DNA from: a phage
Reading direction: 5' to 3' (one strand)
Length of the DNA: 64,000 bases
Sequence record: PX421306.1
Position 1 is the first letter of the stretch. Each line of letters begins with the position of its first letter. The notes under the pieces were generated by a model. It ran no database searches. It saw only the letters and a program-made list of their open reading frames with translations, and was not told the DNA's origin. Position numbers and translations under genes: made by a program. Positions 47,587 through 57,953 of this stretch are shown here, piece after piece.

Positions 47587-48396
47587 ATGCTTAAAGAACA
47601 ACTGATTGCTGAAGCGCAAAAAATTGATGCTTCCGTTGCTCTTGATAGTATTTTCGAATCAGTTAATATTTCTCCGGAAGCAAAAGAAACTTTCGGCACT
47701 GTATTCGAAGCTACCGTCAAGCAGCACGCCGTTAAATTAGCTGAATCTCATATCGCTAAAATTGCTGAAAAAGCAGAAGAAGAAGTAGAAAAAAATAAAG
47801 AAGAAGCCGAAGAAAAAGCTGAGAAGAAAATCGCTGAGCAAGCTTCTAAATTCATCGACCATCTTGCGAAAGAATGGCTCGCCGAAAATAAATTAGCAGT
47901 TGATAAAGGCATCAAAGCCGAACTGTTTGAATCCATGCTTGGTGGATTAAAAGAGCTCTTTGTTGAACACAACGTTGTTGTTCCAGAAGAATCAGTTGAT
48001 GTTGTGGCTGAAATGGAAGAAGAGCTGCAAGAACATAAAGAAGAATCAGCTCGTCTGTTCGAAGAACTCAATATGCGCGACGCATATATCAATTATGTGC
48101 AGCGTGAAGTGGCATTGAGCGAAAGTACTAAAGATCTGACTGAGTCTCAAAAAGAAAAAGTCTCTGCTCTGGTCGAAGGTATGGATTATTCAGATGAATT
48201 CTCAAATAAATTGAGTGCCATCGTAGAAATGGTGAAGAAGTCTAATAAAGATGAAAGCACTATTACTGAGAGTATAAATACTCCTGATACTGAAGCAGCC
48301 GGACTGAATTTCGTCACTGAAGCTGTAGAAGATAAAGCTGCACCTGGTGCAGAAGATATTGTAAGTGTATATGCGAAAGTCGCATCTCGTTTCTAA
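47587..48396 (+). CDS. 22: gp22 prohead core scaffold
   Basis: 269 aa; long acidic helical scaffold sequence. Confidence 0.93.
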   Translation: MLKEQLIAEAQKIDASVALDSIFESVNISPEAKETFGTVFEATVKQHAVKLAESHIAKIAEKAEEEVEKNKEEAEEKAEKKIAEQASKFIDHLAKEWLAENKLAVDKGIKAELFESMLGGLKELFVEHNVVVPEESVDVVAEMEEELQEHKEESARLFEELNMRDAYINYVQREVALSESTKDLTESQKEKVSALVEGMDYSDEFSNKLSAIVEMVKKSNKDESTITESINTPDTEAAGLNFVTEAVEDKAAPGAEDIVSVYAKVASRF

Positions 48397-48414
48397 TTTT
48401 AAAGGTTAACACAA

Positions 48415-49980
48415 ATGACTATCAAAACTAAAGCTGAACTTTTGAACAAATGGAAGCCATTACTGGAAGGTGAAGGTTTACCGGAAATTGCTAATAGCAA
48501 ACAAGCGATTATCGCTAAAATCTTTGAAAACCAGGAAAAAGATTTCCAGACAGCTCCAGAGTACAAAGACGAAAAAATCGCTCAGGCGTTCGGTTCTTTC
48601 TTAACAGAAGCTGAAATCGGTGGTGACCACGGTTACAATGCTACTAACATCGCTGCTGGTCAGACTTCTGGCGCAGTAACTCAGATTGGCCCAGCTGTTA
48701 TGGGTATGGTACGTCGTGCTATTCCTAACCTGATTGCTTTCGATATTTGCGGTGTTCAGCCGATGAACAGCCCGACTGGCCAGGTATTCGCACTGCGCGC
48801 AGTATATGGTAAAGACCCAATCGCTTCCGGTGCTAAAGAAGCATTCCACCCAATGTATGGCCCAGATGCAATGTTCTCTGGTCAGGGTGCTGCTAAGAAA
48901 TTCCCGGCTCTGGCTGCTAGCACAGAAACCACAGTAGGTGATATCTATACTCACTTCTTCCAGGACACTGGTACTGTGTATCTGCAGGCTTCTGCTCAAG
49001 TAACAATTAGTGCAAGCGCAACTGATGCAGCTAAATTAGATGCTGAAATTAAGAAACAAATGGAAGCTGGTGCATTGGTAGAAATCGCTGAAGGTATGGC
49101 TACTTCTATCGCTGAACTCCAGGAAGGTTTCAACGGTTCTACCGATAACCCATGGAATGAAATGGGCTTCCGTATCGATAAACAAGTTATCGAAGCTAAA
49201 TCTCGCCAGCTGAAAGCTGCTTACTCTATCGAATTAGCACAAGACCTCCGCGCTGTTCACGGTATGGATGCTGATGCCGAACTGTCTGGTATTCTGGCTA
49301 CCGAAATCATGCTGGAAATCAACCGTGAAGTTGTTGATTGGATTAACTACTCGGCTCAGGTTGGTAAATCTGGTATGACCCTGACTCCAGGTTCTAAAGC
49401 TGGTGTATTTGACTTCCAGGATCCGATTGATATTCGTGGTGCTCGCTGGGCGGGTGAATCCTTTAAAGCTCTGTTGTTCCAGATTGACAAAGAAGCAGTT
49501 GAAATTGCTCGTCAGACCGGTCGTGGTGAAGGTAACTTCATTATCGCTTCCCGTAACGTAGTTAACGTTCTGGCTTCAGTTGATACTGGCATTTCTTATG
49601 CTGCACAGGGTCTGGCTACCGGCTTTAACACTGATACTACCAAGTCAGTATTTGCTGGTGTTCTGGGTGGTAAATACCGTGTATATATCGACCAGTATGC
49701 TAAACAGGATTATTTCACTGTAGGTTATAAAGGTCCGAACGAAATGGATGCTGGTATTTACTATGCTCCATATGTAGCTCTGACTCCGCTGCGTGGTTCC
49801 GATCCGAAGAACTTCCAACCAGTAATGGGATTCAAAACTCGTTACGGTATCGGTATCAACCCATTTGCAGAATCCGCTGCTCAGGCTCCGGCTTCTCGCA
49901 TCCAGAGCGGTATGCCTTCTATTCTGAATAGCCTTGGTAAAAACGCTTACTTCCGCCGTGTATATGTTAAAGGTATCTAA
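48415..49980 (+). CDS. 23: gp23 major capsid protein
   Basis: 521 aa as T4 gp23 precursor; strong terminator follows. Confidence 0.97.
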   Translation: MTIKTKAELLNKWKPLLEGEGLPEIANSKQAIIAKIFENQEKDFQTAPEYKDEKIAQAFGSFLTEAEIGGDHGYNATNIAAGQTSGAVTQIGPAVMGMVRRAIPNLIAFDICGVQPMNSPTGQVFALRAVYGKDPIASGAKEAFHPMYGPDAMFSGQGAAKKFPALAASTETTVGDIYTHFFQDTGTVYLQASAQVTISASATDAAKLDAEIKKQMEAGALVEIAEGMATSIAELQEGFNGSTDNPWNEMGFRIDKQVIEAKSRQLKAAYSIELAQDLRAVHGMDADAELSGILATEIMLEINREVVDWINYSAQVGKSGMTLTPGSKAGVFDFQDPIDIRGARWAGESFKALLFQIDKEAVEIARQTGRGEGNFIIASRNVVNVLASVDTGISYAAQGLATGFNTDTTKSVFAGVLGGKYRVYIDQYAKQDYFTVGYKGPNEMDAGIYYAPYVALTPLRGSDPKNFQPVMGFKTRYGIGINPFAESAAQAPASRIQSGMPSILNSLGKNAYFRRVYVKGI

Positions 49981-49995
49981 TCTTTGACGATTTAA

Positions 49996-50024
49996 GGGAC
50001 CTTCGGGTCCCTTTAGTTGTTTTT
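49996..50024 (+). terminator. intrinsic terminator after gene 23
   Basis: GGGACCTTCGGGTCCC hairpin followed by TTTAGTTGTTTTT. Confidence 0.75.
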
Positions 50025-50027
50025 ATG
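50020..50027 (+). promoter_or_regulatory. late promoter upstream of gene 24
   Basis: TATAAATA following gp23 terminator. Confidence 0.55.
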
Positions 50028-50063
50028 GTATAAATAAATCATATAAACCAAAAGGAAAGCGCA

Positions 50064-51347
50064 ATGGCTAAAATCAACGAACTTCTGCGCGAATCAACCA
50101 CAACGAATAGCAACTCAATCGGTCGCCCAAATCTCGTTGCTTTGACTCGCGCTACCACTAAATTAATATATTCTGACATTGTAGCAACGCAAAGAACTAA
50201 TCAACCTGTTGCTGCTTTTTATGGTATCAAATACCTTAACCCAGATAACGAATTTACATTTAAAACTGGTGCTACTTACGCTGGCGAAGCTGGGTACGTA
50301 GACCGAGAACAAATCACAGAATTAACAGAAGAGTCTAAATTAACTCTCAATAAAGGCGATTTATTCAAATATAATAATATCGTTTATAAAGTATTAGAAG
50401 ATACACCATTTGCTGATATTGAAGAAAGCGATTTAGAATTAGCTCTTCAGATTGCAATTGTTCTTTTAAAGGTTCGTCTATTTTCTGATGCAGCATCAAC
50501 AAGCAAATTTGAAAGCTCTGATAGCGAAATTGCGGATGCTAGATTCCAGATTAATAAATGGCAAACCGCAGTTAAATCTCGTAAACTTAAAACTGGCATC
50601 ACAGTTGAATTAGCACAAGATTTAGAAGCAAATGGATTCGATGCTCCTAATTTCTTGGAAGATTTGCTTGCAACTGAAATGGCGGATGAAATCAATAAAG
50701 ATATTCTGCAGTCTTTGATTACAGTGTCAAAACGCTATAAAGTTACAGGAATTACTGATACTGGATTCATTGATTTGAGTTATGCATCTGCACCTGAAGC
50801 TGGTCGTTCATTATACCGAATGGTGTGTGAAATGGTTTCGCATATCCAAAAAGAATCAACTTATACTGCAACGTTCTGTGTTGCTTCAGCTCGTGCCGCT
50901 GCGATTCTTGCTGCATCAGGTTGGTTAAAACATAAACCAGAAGATGATAAATATCTTTCACAAAATGCCTATGGGTTCTTAGCTAATGGTTTACCGCTTT
51001 ATTGCGATACTAACAGCCCATTAGATTATGTAATCGTTGGCGTAGTAGAAAATATTGGTGAAAAAGAAATTGTCGGATCAATTTTCTATGCTCCGTATAC
51101 AGAAGGTCTTGACTTAGATGACCCTGAACATGTAGGTGCATTTAAAGTTGTAGTTGATCCAGAAAGCTTACAACCATCTATCGGTTTATTGGTTAGATAT
51201 GCTTTATCTGCAAATCCTTACACTGTAGCAAAAGATGAAAAAGAAGCAAGAATAATTGATGGTGGAGACATGGATAAAATGGCGGGTCGTTCAGATTTGT
51301 CTGTTTTATTAGGTGTTAAATTACCAAAAATTATCGTTGATGAATAA
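50064..51347 (+). CDS. 24: gp24 capsid vertex protein
   Basis: 427 aa as T4 gp24; gp23 paralogue (shared ...FYAPYT... type motifs). Confidence 0.95.
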   Translation: MAKINELLRESTTTNSNSIGRPNLVALTRATTKLIYSDIVATQRTNQPVAAFYGIKYLNPDNEFTFKTGATYAGEAGYVDREQITELTEESKLTLNKGDLFKYNNIVYKVLEDTPFADIEESDLELALQIAIVLLKVRLFSDAASTSKFESSDSEIADARFQINKWQTAVKSRKLKTGITVELAQDLEANGFDAPNFLEDLLATEMADEINKDILQSLITVSKRYKVTGITDTGFIDLSYASAPEAGRSLYRMVCEMVSHIQKESTYTATFCVASARAAAILAASGWLKHKPEDDKYLSQNAYGFLANGLPLYCDTNSPLDYVIVGVVENIGEKEIVGSIFYAPYTEGLDLDDPEHVGAFKVVVDPESLQPSIGLLVRYALSANPYTVAKDEKEARIIDGGDMDKMAGRSDLSVLLGVKLPKIIVDE

Positions 51348-51353
51348 AACAAA

Positions 51354-51377
51354 GGGACCAAAAGGTCCCTTTTATTT
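51354..51377. terminator. bidirectional terminator between gene 24 (+) and rnlB (-)
   Basis: GGGACCAAAAGGTCCC hairpin with T-runs on both sides. Confidence 0.7.
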
Positions 51378-52380
51378 AACTTACCAATTCAATCCAAGCC
51401 GGACGAAGTACATCTTGTACCATTTTAACTAATTCCTTTTTAATCAAAGAAGGATTATCCGCTTGAGTTAGAGTAATACCTTCACGAGAAGTTTCTTCCA
51501 AAATATCTTGAACAGTTAGCCCCATCACCTTTCCAAAATCTTTTGGACCAATTTCGCCAATTTTAGAAATAACATTATTTACTCGGTTCAGTGTAACGTA
51601 GCAAGCTAAAATTCCCAGCAATTTATTATCAGCTTCTGACAACTCAACTTTAGCTTTAATAGGCTTATCAGACTTTTTCTTTTCGCTAAATTTAGAGTTC
51701 TTGCATTTAATAGCGACACGATTGCCATTAGGCATCCAAGAAGGATAACAAGGTTTCAATACATATCCTTCAGCAGTAAATACTTCGCCTTTTGCTTCGG
51801 CATTCCAAACGCATTTATTTGCATCAACTAATCCAGCATGGTCTACTGTAAAATTATAATCCTGGACGACAGAATCTAAATCATTTGGCAATTTAATAAG
51901 TTCTTCAAATTTACCACGACCCAAAAGTGGAGCCATTTTAAATTTGAATGTATTACAGAATGATTCCATCATATAATCATCGACATAAGTCACATCACCA
52001 CTTTCTGTAGTAACAATAATGTCAAATACATAAAAATCTTTATCACCATAATCGACATTCTTCTGAATGCCAGGTCCAGCGAATTCGCCGAAGACTTGAT
52101 AAGATACAACTGCCGAAGTTTCCATAATATCTTGTACTGCTTTAATGGAATCAGCGTAATTCTTTAGAATAATTTCATACCCAAAGAAATCTTCAGCAGG
52201 AAGAATCGGTCCAGTACGTTTAGCACAAGTTGCTTTATCGCGTTCAATAATCAGTGAGAAATTTGTGCCATGAATCTTTTCACGAGCTACCCATTCGCCG
52301 CCAGTCAATCTTAAACTGTAAAGTTTTTCAATGAACTTAGAATTGTAATGATTTTCAAGACTGCTATACTTTTTAAACAT
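51376..52380 (-). CDS. rnlB: RNA ligase 2
   Basis: 334 aa; nucleotidyltransferase motif I KIHGTN; matches T4 Rnl2 as recalled. Confidence 0.93.
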   Translation of the reverse strand: MFKKYSSLENHYNSKFIEKLYSLRLTGGEWVAREKIHGTNFSLIIERDKATCAKRTGPILPAEDFFGYEIILKNYADSIKAVQDIMETSAVVSYQVFGEFAGPGIQKNVDYGDKDFYVFDIIVTTESGDVTYVDDYMMESFCNTFKFKMAPLLGRGKFEELIKLPNDLDSVVQDYNFTVDHAGLVDANKCVWNAEAKGEVFTAEGYVLKPCYPSWMPNGNRVAIKCKNSKFSEKKKSDKPIKAKVELSEADNKLLGILACYVTLNRVNNVISKIGEIGPKDFGKVMGLTVQDILEETSREGITLTQADNPSLIKKELVKMVQDVLRPAWIELVS

Positions 52381-52389
52381 AATTAATCC

Positions 52390-52668
52390 TCAAAATGTAA
52401 TTTCTAACCAATCACCATCACGCTGATCACTATTGACTTTAAAGCTAAATCCTTCTTTTCTCAGCCAATCACCAATTTCTTCAGTAATCAATTTATCGCG
52501 AGCAGTACAATAATAACTAAAATATGTTTTACCTTGTTCAGCTGCTTTATTAGCAAGTTCCGAAAAATCTTTAATAAAACACTCTAGTTTAAACTGTTTA
52601 CTTTTAAGTGCTTTTTCGCGTAATTGATTAGCAAAAGATTCATTTTCATAAAGATCATACTGTTCCAT
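52390..52668 (-). CDS. hypothetical protein (24.2-like)
   Basis: 92-aa ORF; synteny downstream of rnlB operon position. Confidence 0.6.
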   Translation of the reverse strand: MEQYDLYENESFANQLREKALKSKQFKLECFIKDFSELANKAAEQGKTYFSYYCTARDKLITEEIGDWLRKEGFSFKVNSDQRDGDWLEITF

Positions 52669-52870
52669 TTTTCACCTTTTTATTAATATGTCTTTTTCTA
52701 TAGACAACTTTTTCTCGAGTCTCAAATTTATTCTTAGCAGTCATAGCTCGAGCCCATAATATAGCCACTTCTTTCGCCTGTAAGTTCAATTCACGAGCAA
52801 TTTCAATGAATGACTTTCCAGACTCATGGAGTGTAAACACCACAACCTCAGTTCTCATAATCAATCTCAT
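52655..52870 (-). CDS. hypothetical protein with helix-turn-helix-like segment (24.3-like)
   Basis: 71 aa; SFIEIARELNLQAKEV resembles an HTH; basic C-terminus. Confidence 0.55.
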   Translation of the reverse strand: MRLIMRTEVVVFTLHESGKSFIEIARELNLQAKEVAILWARAMTAKNKFETREKVVYRKRHINKKVKNGTV

Positions 52871-52924
52871 GTTATCGAGTTGGTGCCATTATATACATCA
52901 TTTTCTGAGTGTGTTTTATTTGCT

Positions 52925-52953
52925 TTCAAAATGAAGAAAGGGGCCGAAGCCCC
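52925..52953 (-). terminator. intrinsic terminator after hoc
   Basis: GGGGCTTCGGCCCC hairpin followed on minus strand by TTTCTTCATTTT. Confidence 0.7.
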
Positions 52954-52958
52954 TAAGA

Positions 52959-54089
52959 TTATGGATAGGTATAGATGATACCAGTTTCTAAAGCAGTTTT
53001 ATGAATGATGTATCCATTGCGTGATTCTTGAACATCAACTTCTGGATAGTCTTTCATCATCTTCTGAAGAGTGTAACGATGCAAGTAGTACTTACTATCT
53101 GGGTCGTCAGTTTTCCAATCTTTACCTTCTTCAGTCATTTTTTGGATTTCATCCATAACCCACCAACCGCACCAGATATAAGCTGAAGTACGATGTGGAA
53201 GAGGATGAACATAAGGTAATTCACCTTCTGGTTCCGGAGCAACTTTATCAGTTACCTGAACTTGACCTTCTGCTGTGATAGTTTTGCTATCATAGTCAGT
53301 AGCGGTAACAGTTGCAGTAACTTCAATAGTTTGACTTCCAATAGATGATGTATCAACAGTGTATACATTAGTTGACCCTTCTACTGGAGAAGAATCTTTC
53401 TTCCATGAATACGCAATTTGTGCTTCTTCCGGAGCATCCGTAACGTTAGCAGTAAATGTAGCCGAAGCATCTTGCTGAACGTTAATAGAAGGAGGAGTCA
53501 ATGTAACCTGTGGATTCATTGTCTTCTTATTAACAGTCAGTGATACTTCATTAGAAGTAACTTCCTTTGCATCATAATCTGCCGCAGTTACTTGAGCTAC
53601 ACACTTAATTGTTTTAACTCCGCTTGTGGAAGGAGTGTAATTGAATGTAGCAGAAGTTGCTTCGCCCACAGGAGAACCGTCAACGTACCATTGATACGTA
53701 GCAGATGCGCCTGATGGTTGAGAAGCTAAAGCAGCAGTAAATTCAACAGGAGTTCCAATCACTCCAGCAGCAGGACTATCAGGAGTTACAGCTAAGGTAG
53801 TTGTTTGTGTCTTATTTTGAACTGTGATAGTTGTACTAATTTCAGCTGTTTCGGGACTACTATCGGCAACTTGATTGGTTGCAACTACTTTAATAGTCTT
53901 TTGACCGGCAGGTCCTTTTAGTACATAACTAAAAGTTGCTTCAGTTCCATCTTGTGGAACATCGTCTACAGTCCAAGCATATGTAATAGGTCCATCTCCA
54001 GTTTGACCACTGGGTGTAGCAGTAAACTGCTGAGTCTGATCTATAACTCCAGTAGGTGTTTTAGGAGTTATATCAACTGTAAAAGCCAT
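52959..54089 (-). CDS. hoc: highly immunogenic outer capsid protein Hoc
   Basis: 376 aa as T4 Hoc; repeated Ig-like Thr/Val-rich modules. Confidence 0.93.
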   Translation of the reverse strand: MAFTVDITPKTPTGVIDQTQQFTATPSGQTGDGPITYAWTVDDVPQDGTEATFSYVLKGPAGQKTIKVVATNQVADSSPETAEISTTITVQNKTQTTTLAVTPDSPAAGVIGTPVEFTAALASQPSGASATYQWYVDGSPVGEATSATFNYTPSTSGVKTIKCVAQVTAADYDAKEVTSNEVSLTVNKKTMNPQVTLTPPSINVQQDASATFTANVTDAPEEAQIAYSWKKDSSPVEGSTNVYTVDTSSIGSQTIEVTATVTATDYDSKTITAEGQVQVTDKVAPEPEGELPYVHPLPHRTSAYIWCGWWVMDEIQKMTEEGKDWKTDDPDSKYYLHRYTLQKMMKDYPEVDVQESRNGYIIHKTALETGIIYTYP

Positions 54090-54098
54090 AAGTTATCC

Positions 54099-54779
54099 TT
54101 ATTTTAATGTTACGAAAGAAGAATTACGTGTTTCACGAATTAGAACTGATCCGTCACGATTAATGTAGTAAATTAAGCTAAATAAAGTTTGGTGTGCCGA
54201 CGCATGTTCAAAACTAGTTGGGTGAGATTTCCAATCCGGAGTTTCAGCAATCCACTGGTAAATCCACCAAGGAACAGTACAGAATCCTGGATTTTTTCCA
54301 ATCAGCTGAAGATTCGGACTAAAGTTTTCCGGAAGAGTAAATACAGACGGCTTTTCAGATTCAATAATCTCAGCTACAGCCTGCTCGAATTTTTCTTCAA
54401 CAAAAGGAGTATCTTCAATCAAAACATCGGTATTTTCAGGAATTTTATCCATTTCTACTACTTCAATTTTAATGTCAGATTTAACCGGAGAATCAATCAG
54501 AAGTGCTGCCTCTGGATTGACTTCTTCATCGTCATATTTTAATCCCTCTGCGGCATCAGCAGCATTGATTAAGTCTTTAATAGATAACCCATCAGTCTCT
54601 GGCATAGGTTCACTAGCGAGCTTCTGGAGGGCTTCTTCAATATCATTAACGATATTATCAAAAGATTTATTCTTTTTAACCTTTATACCAAACTGTTCAG
54701 CATATTCAGCTAATTTAGCTTTAGCTTCTTTATTATCATCAAGAGCCTTCAGCTCTGCAATATAATCTTTATCTATCAT
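54099..54779 (-). CDS. inh: Inh, inhibitor of prohead protease
   Basis: 226 aa as T4 Inh; synteny between hoc and uvsW. Confidence 0.85.
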   Translation of the reverse strand: MIDKDYIAELKALDDNKEAKAKLAEYAEQFGIKVKKNKSFDNIVNDIEEALQKLASEPMPETDGLSIKDLINAADAAEGLKYDDEEVNPEAALLIDSPVKSDIKIEVVEMDKIPENTDVLIEDTPFVEEKFEQAVAEIIESEKPSVFTLPENFSPNLQLIGKNPGFCTVPWWIYQWIAETPDWKSHPTSFEHASAHQTLFSLIYYINRDGSVLIRETRNSSFVTLK

Positions 54780-54792
54780 AATATTTCCTCAG

Positions 54793-54800
54793 TATAAATA
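54793..54800 (+). promoter_or_regulatory. late promoter upstream of uvsW
   Basis: TATAAATA about 30 nt upstream of uvsW ATG. Confidence 0.55.
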
Positions 54801-54829
54801 TAGATATATTTATTACATGGTATTTAGAC

Positions 54830-56341
54830 ATGACTGACATTAAAGTACATTTTTATGATTTTAGTCACGTGAGAATTGATTGTGAAGAAAGTACATTTCA
54901 TGAACTCCGTGATTTCTTTAGCTTTGAAGCTGATGGGTATCGTTTTAATCCGAAGTACAAATATGGCCATTGGGATGGACGAATCCGTCTTTTAGATTAT
55001 AATCGCCTTCTTCCGTTTGGCTTAGTCGGGCAAATTAAAAAGTTCTGTGATAACTTTGGCTATAAAGCTTGGATTGACCCACAGATTAACGAAAAAGAAG
55101 AATTATCAAGAAAAGATTTTGATGAATGGCTTTCTAAGTTAGAAATCTATTCAGGAAATAAAAGAATTGAACCACACTGGTATCAAAAAGATGCAGTGTT
55201 CGAAGGATTAGTTAATCGTCGTAGAATTCTTAATCTTCCAACATCCGCAGGTAAATCTTTAATTCAAGCTTTGCTTGCTCGATATTATTTGGAAAATTAT
55301 GAAGGTAAAATTCTTATCATTGTTCCAACAACTGCTTTAACAACTCAGATGGCTGATGACTTTGTTGACTATCGTTTATTCAGTCATGCAATGATAAAGA
55401 AAATCGGTGGTGGAGCATCAAAAGATGATAAATATAAAAATGATGCACCAGTCGTTGTTGGTACATGGCAAACTGTAGTAAAACAACCGAAAGAATGGTT
55501 CTCACAGTTTGGAATGATGATGAATGATGAATGCCATCTTGCTACAGGAAAAAGTATTTCATCTATCATATCAGGTTTAAATAACTGCATGTTTAAATTT
55601 GGTTTGTCCGGTTCATTGCGTGATGGCAAAGCTAATATCATGCAGTATGTTGGAATGTTTGGTGAAATATTTAAGCCAGTAACGACTTCTAAATTAATGG
55701 AAGATGGACAAGTAACTGAGTTAAAAATTAATAGTATTTTTCTTCGCTATCCTGATGAGTTCACTACTAAATTAAAGGGAAAAACTTACCAAGAAGAAAT
55801 AAAAATTATTACTGGGCTCAGTAAAAGAAATAAATGGATCGCTAAATTAGCTATTAAACTTGCACAAAAAGATGAAAACGCTTTTGTCATGTTTAAACAC
55901 GTATCGCACGGTAAAGCTATTTTCGATTTAATTAAAAATGAATACGATAAAGTTTATTACGTATCAGGGGAAGTTGATACCGAAACACGCAACGTAATGA
56001 AAACCCTAGCTGAAAACGGTAAAGGAATAATTATAGTAGCTAGTTATGGTGTATTTTCTACTGGTATTTCAGTTAAAAATCTGCATCACGTTATTTTAGC
56101 ACACGGTGTTAAATCTAAAATTATTGTATTGCAAACAATAGGTCGCGTATTACGTAAGCATGGTTCTAAAACAATCGCAACGGTCTGGGACCTCATTGAT
56201 GATTGCGGTGTTAAGCCAAAATCTGCTAATACGAAAAAGAAATACGTTCATTTGAACTATCTTTTAAAACACGGCATTGATCGTATTCAGCGCTACGCAG
56301 ATGAAAAATTTAATTACGTAATGAAAACAGTTAATTTATAA
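54830..56341 (+). CDS. uvsW: UvsW DNA/RNA helicase
   Basis: 503 aa; SF2 helicase motifs (PTSAGKS, DECH, QTIGRVLR); late promoter upstream. Confidence 0.95.
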   Translation: MTDIKVHFYDFSHVRIDCEESTFHELRDFFSFEADGYRFNPKYKYGHWDGRIRLLDYNRLLPFGLVGQIKKFCDNFGYKAWIDPQINEKEELSRKDFDEWLSKLEIYSGNKRIEPHWYQKDAVFEGLVNRRRILNLPTSAGKSLIQALLARYYLENYEGKILIIVPTTALTTQMADDFVDYRLFSHAMIKKIGGGASKDDKYKNDAPVVVGTWQTVVKQPKEWFSQFGMMMNDECHLATGKSISSIISGLNNCMFKFGLSGSLRDGKANIMQYVGMFGEIFKPVTTSKLMEDGQVTELKINSIFLRYPDEFTTKLKGKTYQEEIKIITGLSKRNKWIAKLAIKLAQKDENAFVMFKHVSHGKAIFDLIKNEYDKVYYVSGEVDTETRNVMKTLAENGKGIIIVASYGVFSTGISVKNLHHVILAHGVKSKIIVLQTIGRVLRKHGSKTIATVWDLIDDCGVKPKSANTKKKYVHLNYLLKHGIDRIQRYADEKFNYVMKTVNL

Positions 56342-56358
56342 GGGCTTCGGCCCTTTGG
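56342..56358 (+). terminator. possible attenuator/terminator after uvsW
   Basis: GGGCTTCGGCCC tetraloop hairpin followed by TTT. Confidence 0.4.
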
Positions 56359-56597
56359 AGAAAAAGATGTTACTAGAATTTAAACAATTTCTTTATGAAG
56401 CTTCTATTGATGAATTTATGGGTAAAATTGCATCATGTCAAACATTAGAAGGTCTAGAAGAACTTGAAGCTTATTACAAGAAAAGAGTTAAAGAAACTGA
56501 ATTAAAAGACACTGATGACATCTCTGTGAGAGATGCTTTGGCAGGAAAAAGAGCTGAATTAGAAGATTCAGACGATGAAGTAGAAGAAAGCTTTTAA
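56355..56597 (+). CDS. uvsW.1: UvsW.1 small acidic protein
   Basis: 80 aa; directly downstream of uvsW. Confidence 0.75.
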   Translation: MEKKMLLEFKQFLYEASIDEFMGKIASCQTLEGLEELEAYYKKRVKETELKDTDDISVRDALAGKRAELEDSDDEVEESF

Positions 56598-56652
56598 ATT
56601 AAAAAAGGCCCAACCAAAAAGGAAGGGCCAAAACTATAGACTAAAGGTCACA

Positions 56653-56820
56653 CTATAGCAAAAGTTGTGTTTCATTTAATTGTTCTTCCGAACTTTCTGA
56701 AACTGGTAGTTCTTTAATGTAATTATAGCAAGGCCCAGGATGTACAGGACCTTTGTCTGTTTCAACAACCAATGCAGAATCGATTGGAGTTTTACAGACA
56801 ACACAAATCTTATCTGACAT
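56653..56820 (-). CDS. hypothetical small Cys-containing protein (55 aa)
   Basis: Found by eye below track cutoff: ATG 56818-56820 with GAGGAG RBS and TATAAATA (minus) at 56848-56855; MSDKICVVCKTPIDS... Confidence 0.4.
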   Translation of the reverse strand: MSDKICVVCKTPIDSALVVETDKGPVHPGPCYNYIKELPVSESSEEQLNETQLLL

Positions 56821-56850
56821 GATTGTCTCCTCTAAATTATATATATCTAT

Positions 56851-57075
56851 TTATATAACTCTCATATGCATATCAATGCCCATATCTTTAGAATAAAAAT
56901 ATTCATCAAGATATCCGGCAAATTTTCCTTTAATATAAAGTACATCTTCACCGCATGGGTGGTCGGCCAGGATACGAATATCCTGACGTTTGAGATTATA
57001 CTTTTTCATTAAGAATTGAATTTCCGTTTCGAATTCTTCTTCATAATTAAAAGCATCATCAATGCTATATCTCAT
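56851..57075 (-). CDS. hypothetical protein downstream of uvsY
   Basis: 74-aa ORF; 1-nt overlap with uvsY stop. Confidence 0.6.
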   Translation of the reverse strand: MRYSIDDAFNYEEEFETEIQFLMKKYNLKRQDIRILADHPCGEDVLYIKGKFAGYLDEYFYSKDMGIDMHMRVI

Positions 57076-57488
57076 TATTTTCCAGCCTCAAATGCTCGCA
57101 TGTCTTGAATATGCTTAATAGCAAATCCACGTGATTTAATAGCATCAAGAGCTCCGCTACAGAAATCCAATAAAATTCCCCAATATTGTAATGAAGTATC
57201 AACTTTTAAAACATCCTTATCAGCTGATAGAACTGTCTTCATTTCTGATTTCTCATAACGGTCCATACTAAATTCATCACCATCTCCTCGTCCCGAGTAG
57301 TAGTCTAATTTAGCTTTAAGAGCAACTTTTTTCTGTGCGTCAATTCTAAGCATTTCCTTTTTAATACTTGAATGCTTATTGAGCCATTTACTATATAACA
57401 TCACATTATTAGCTGCTTCATACTGTAATTTAGTCGAATCTATAAACACATCTTTCTTCAATTCTTCTTGAAGATCTTCTAATTTCAT
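57075..57488 (-). CDS. uvsY: UvsY recombination mediator
   Basis: 137 aa as T4 UvsY. Confidence 0.92.
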   Translation of the reverse strand: MKLEDLQEELKKDVFIDSTKLQYEAANNVMLYSKWLNKHSSIKKEMLRIDAQKKVALKAKLDYYSGRGDGDEFSMDRYEKSEMKTVLSADKDVLKVDTSLQYWGILLDFCSGALDAIKSRGFAIKHIQDMRAFEAGK

Positions 57489-57554
57489 ATTGTTCTCTAT
57501 TCAATTGTTATTGGATGGACTTAGATTCATTATACCACGTTTATACGTGAAGCA

Positions 57555-57953
57555 TTATACTCTGTTACTGGAAGCCAGTTGTAGTTTTATCTGCTCAATA
57601 TCATCAGGATTATCGATGACCGAAAAGCGTATTTCTACTATCAGAGTATAATCATCATAAACTGGTATTACATTAACTGCTAATTTATCAATACGTGGCT
57701 CGTAGTTTCTTACTGCGCTTTCAATGTTACGCTCAACAGTATCAGCAGTAAGAGGAGTCATATTCTCAAAAAGCTGATCAGATAAATCGCATCCAAATTC
57801 TGGGTCAAATGGCCTTGACCCTTTCCTGGTTGTAATAATTCCTAAAAGACTATTTTTAATTGACCTTAATCCAAGAGATCTGGAAACGTCTTTGTCCCAA
57901 TCCATTTTCATTTCTGGGTCAATGTCAGAATAAAGCTTATTAATATTTGCCAT
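57555..57953 (-). CDS. 25: gp25 baseplate wedge (gpW/lysozyme-like fold)
   Basis: 132 aa as T4 gp25; synteny 25-26 divergent from 51-27-28-29-48-54. Confidence 0.92.
   Translation of the reverse strand: MANINKLYSDIDPEMKMDWDKDVSRSLGLRSIKNSLLGIITTRKGSRPFDPEFGCDLSDQLFENMTPLTADTVERNIESAVRNYEPRIDKLAVNVIPVYDDYTLIVEIRFSVIDNPDDIEQIKLQLASSNRV

Noticed and set aside
54189-54765. Plus-strand ORFs inside inh
   Set aside because: Antisense to inh, low-complexity translations, no start context.
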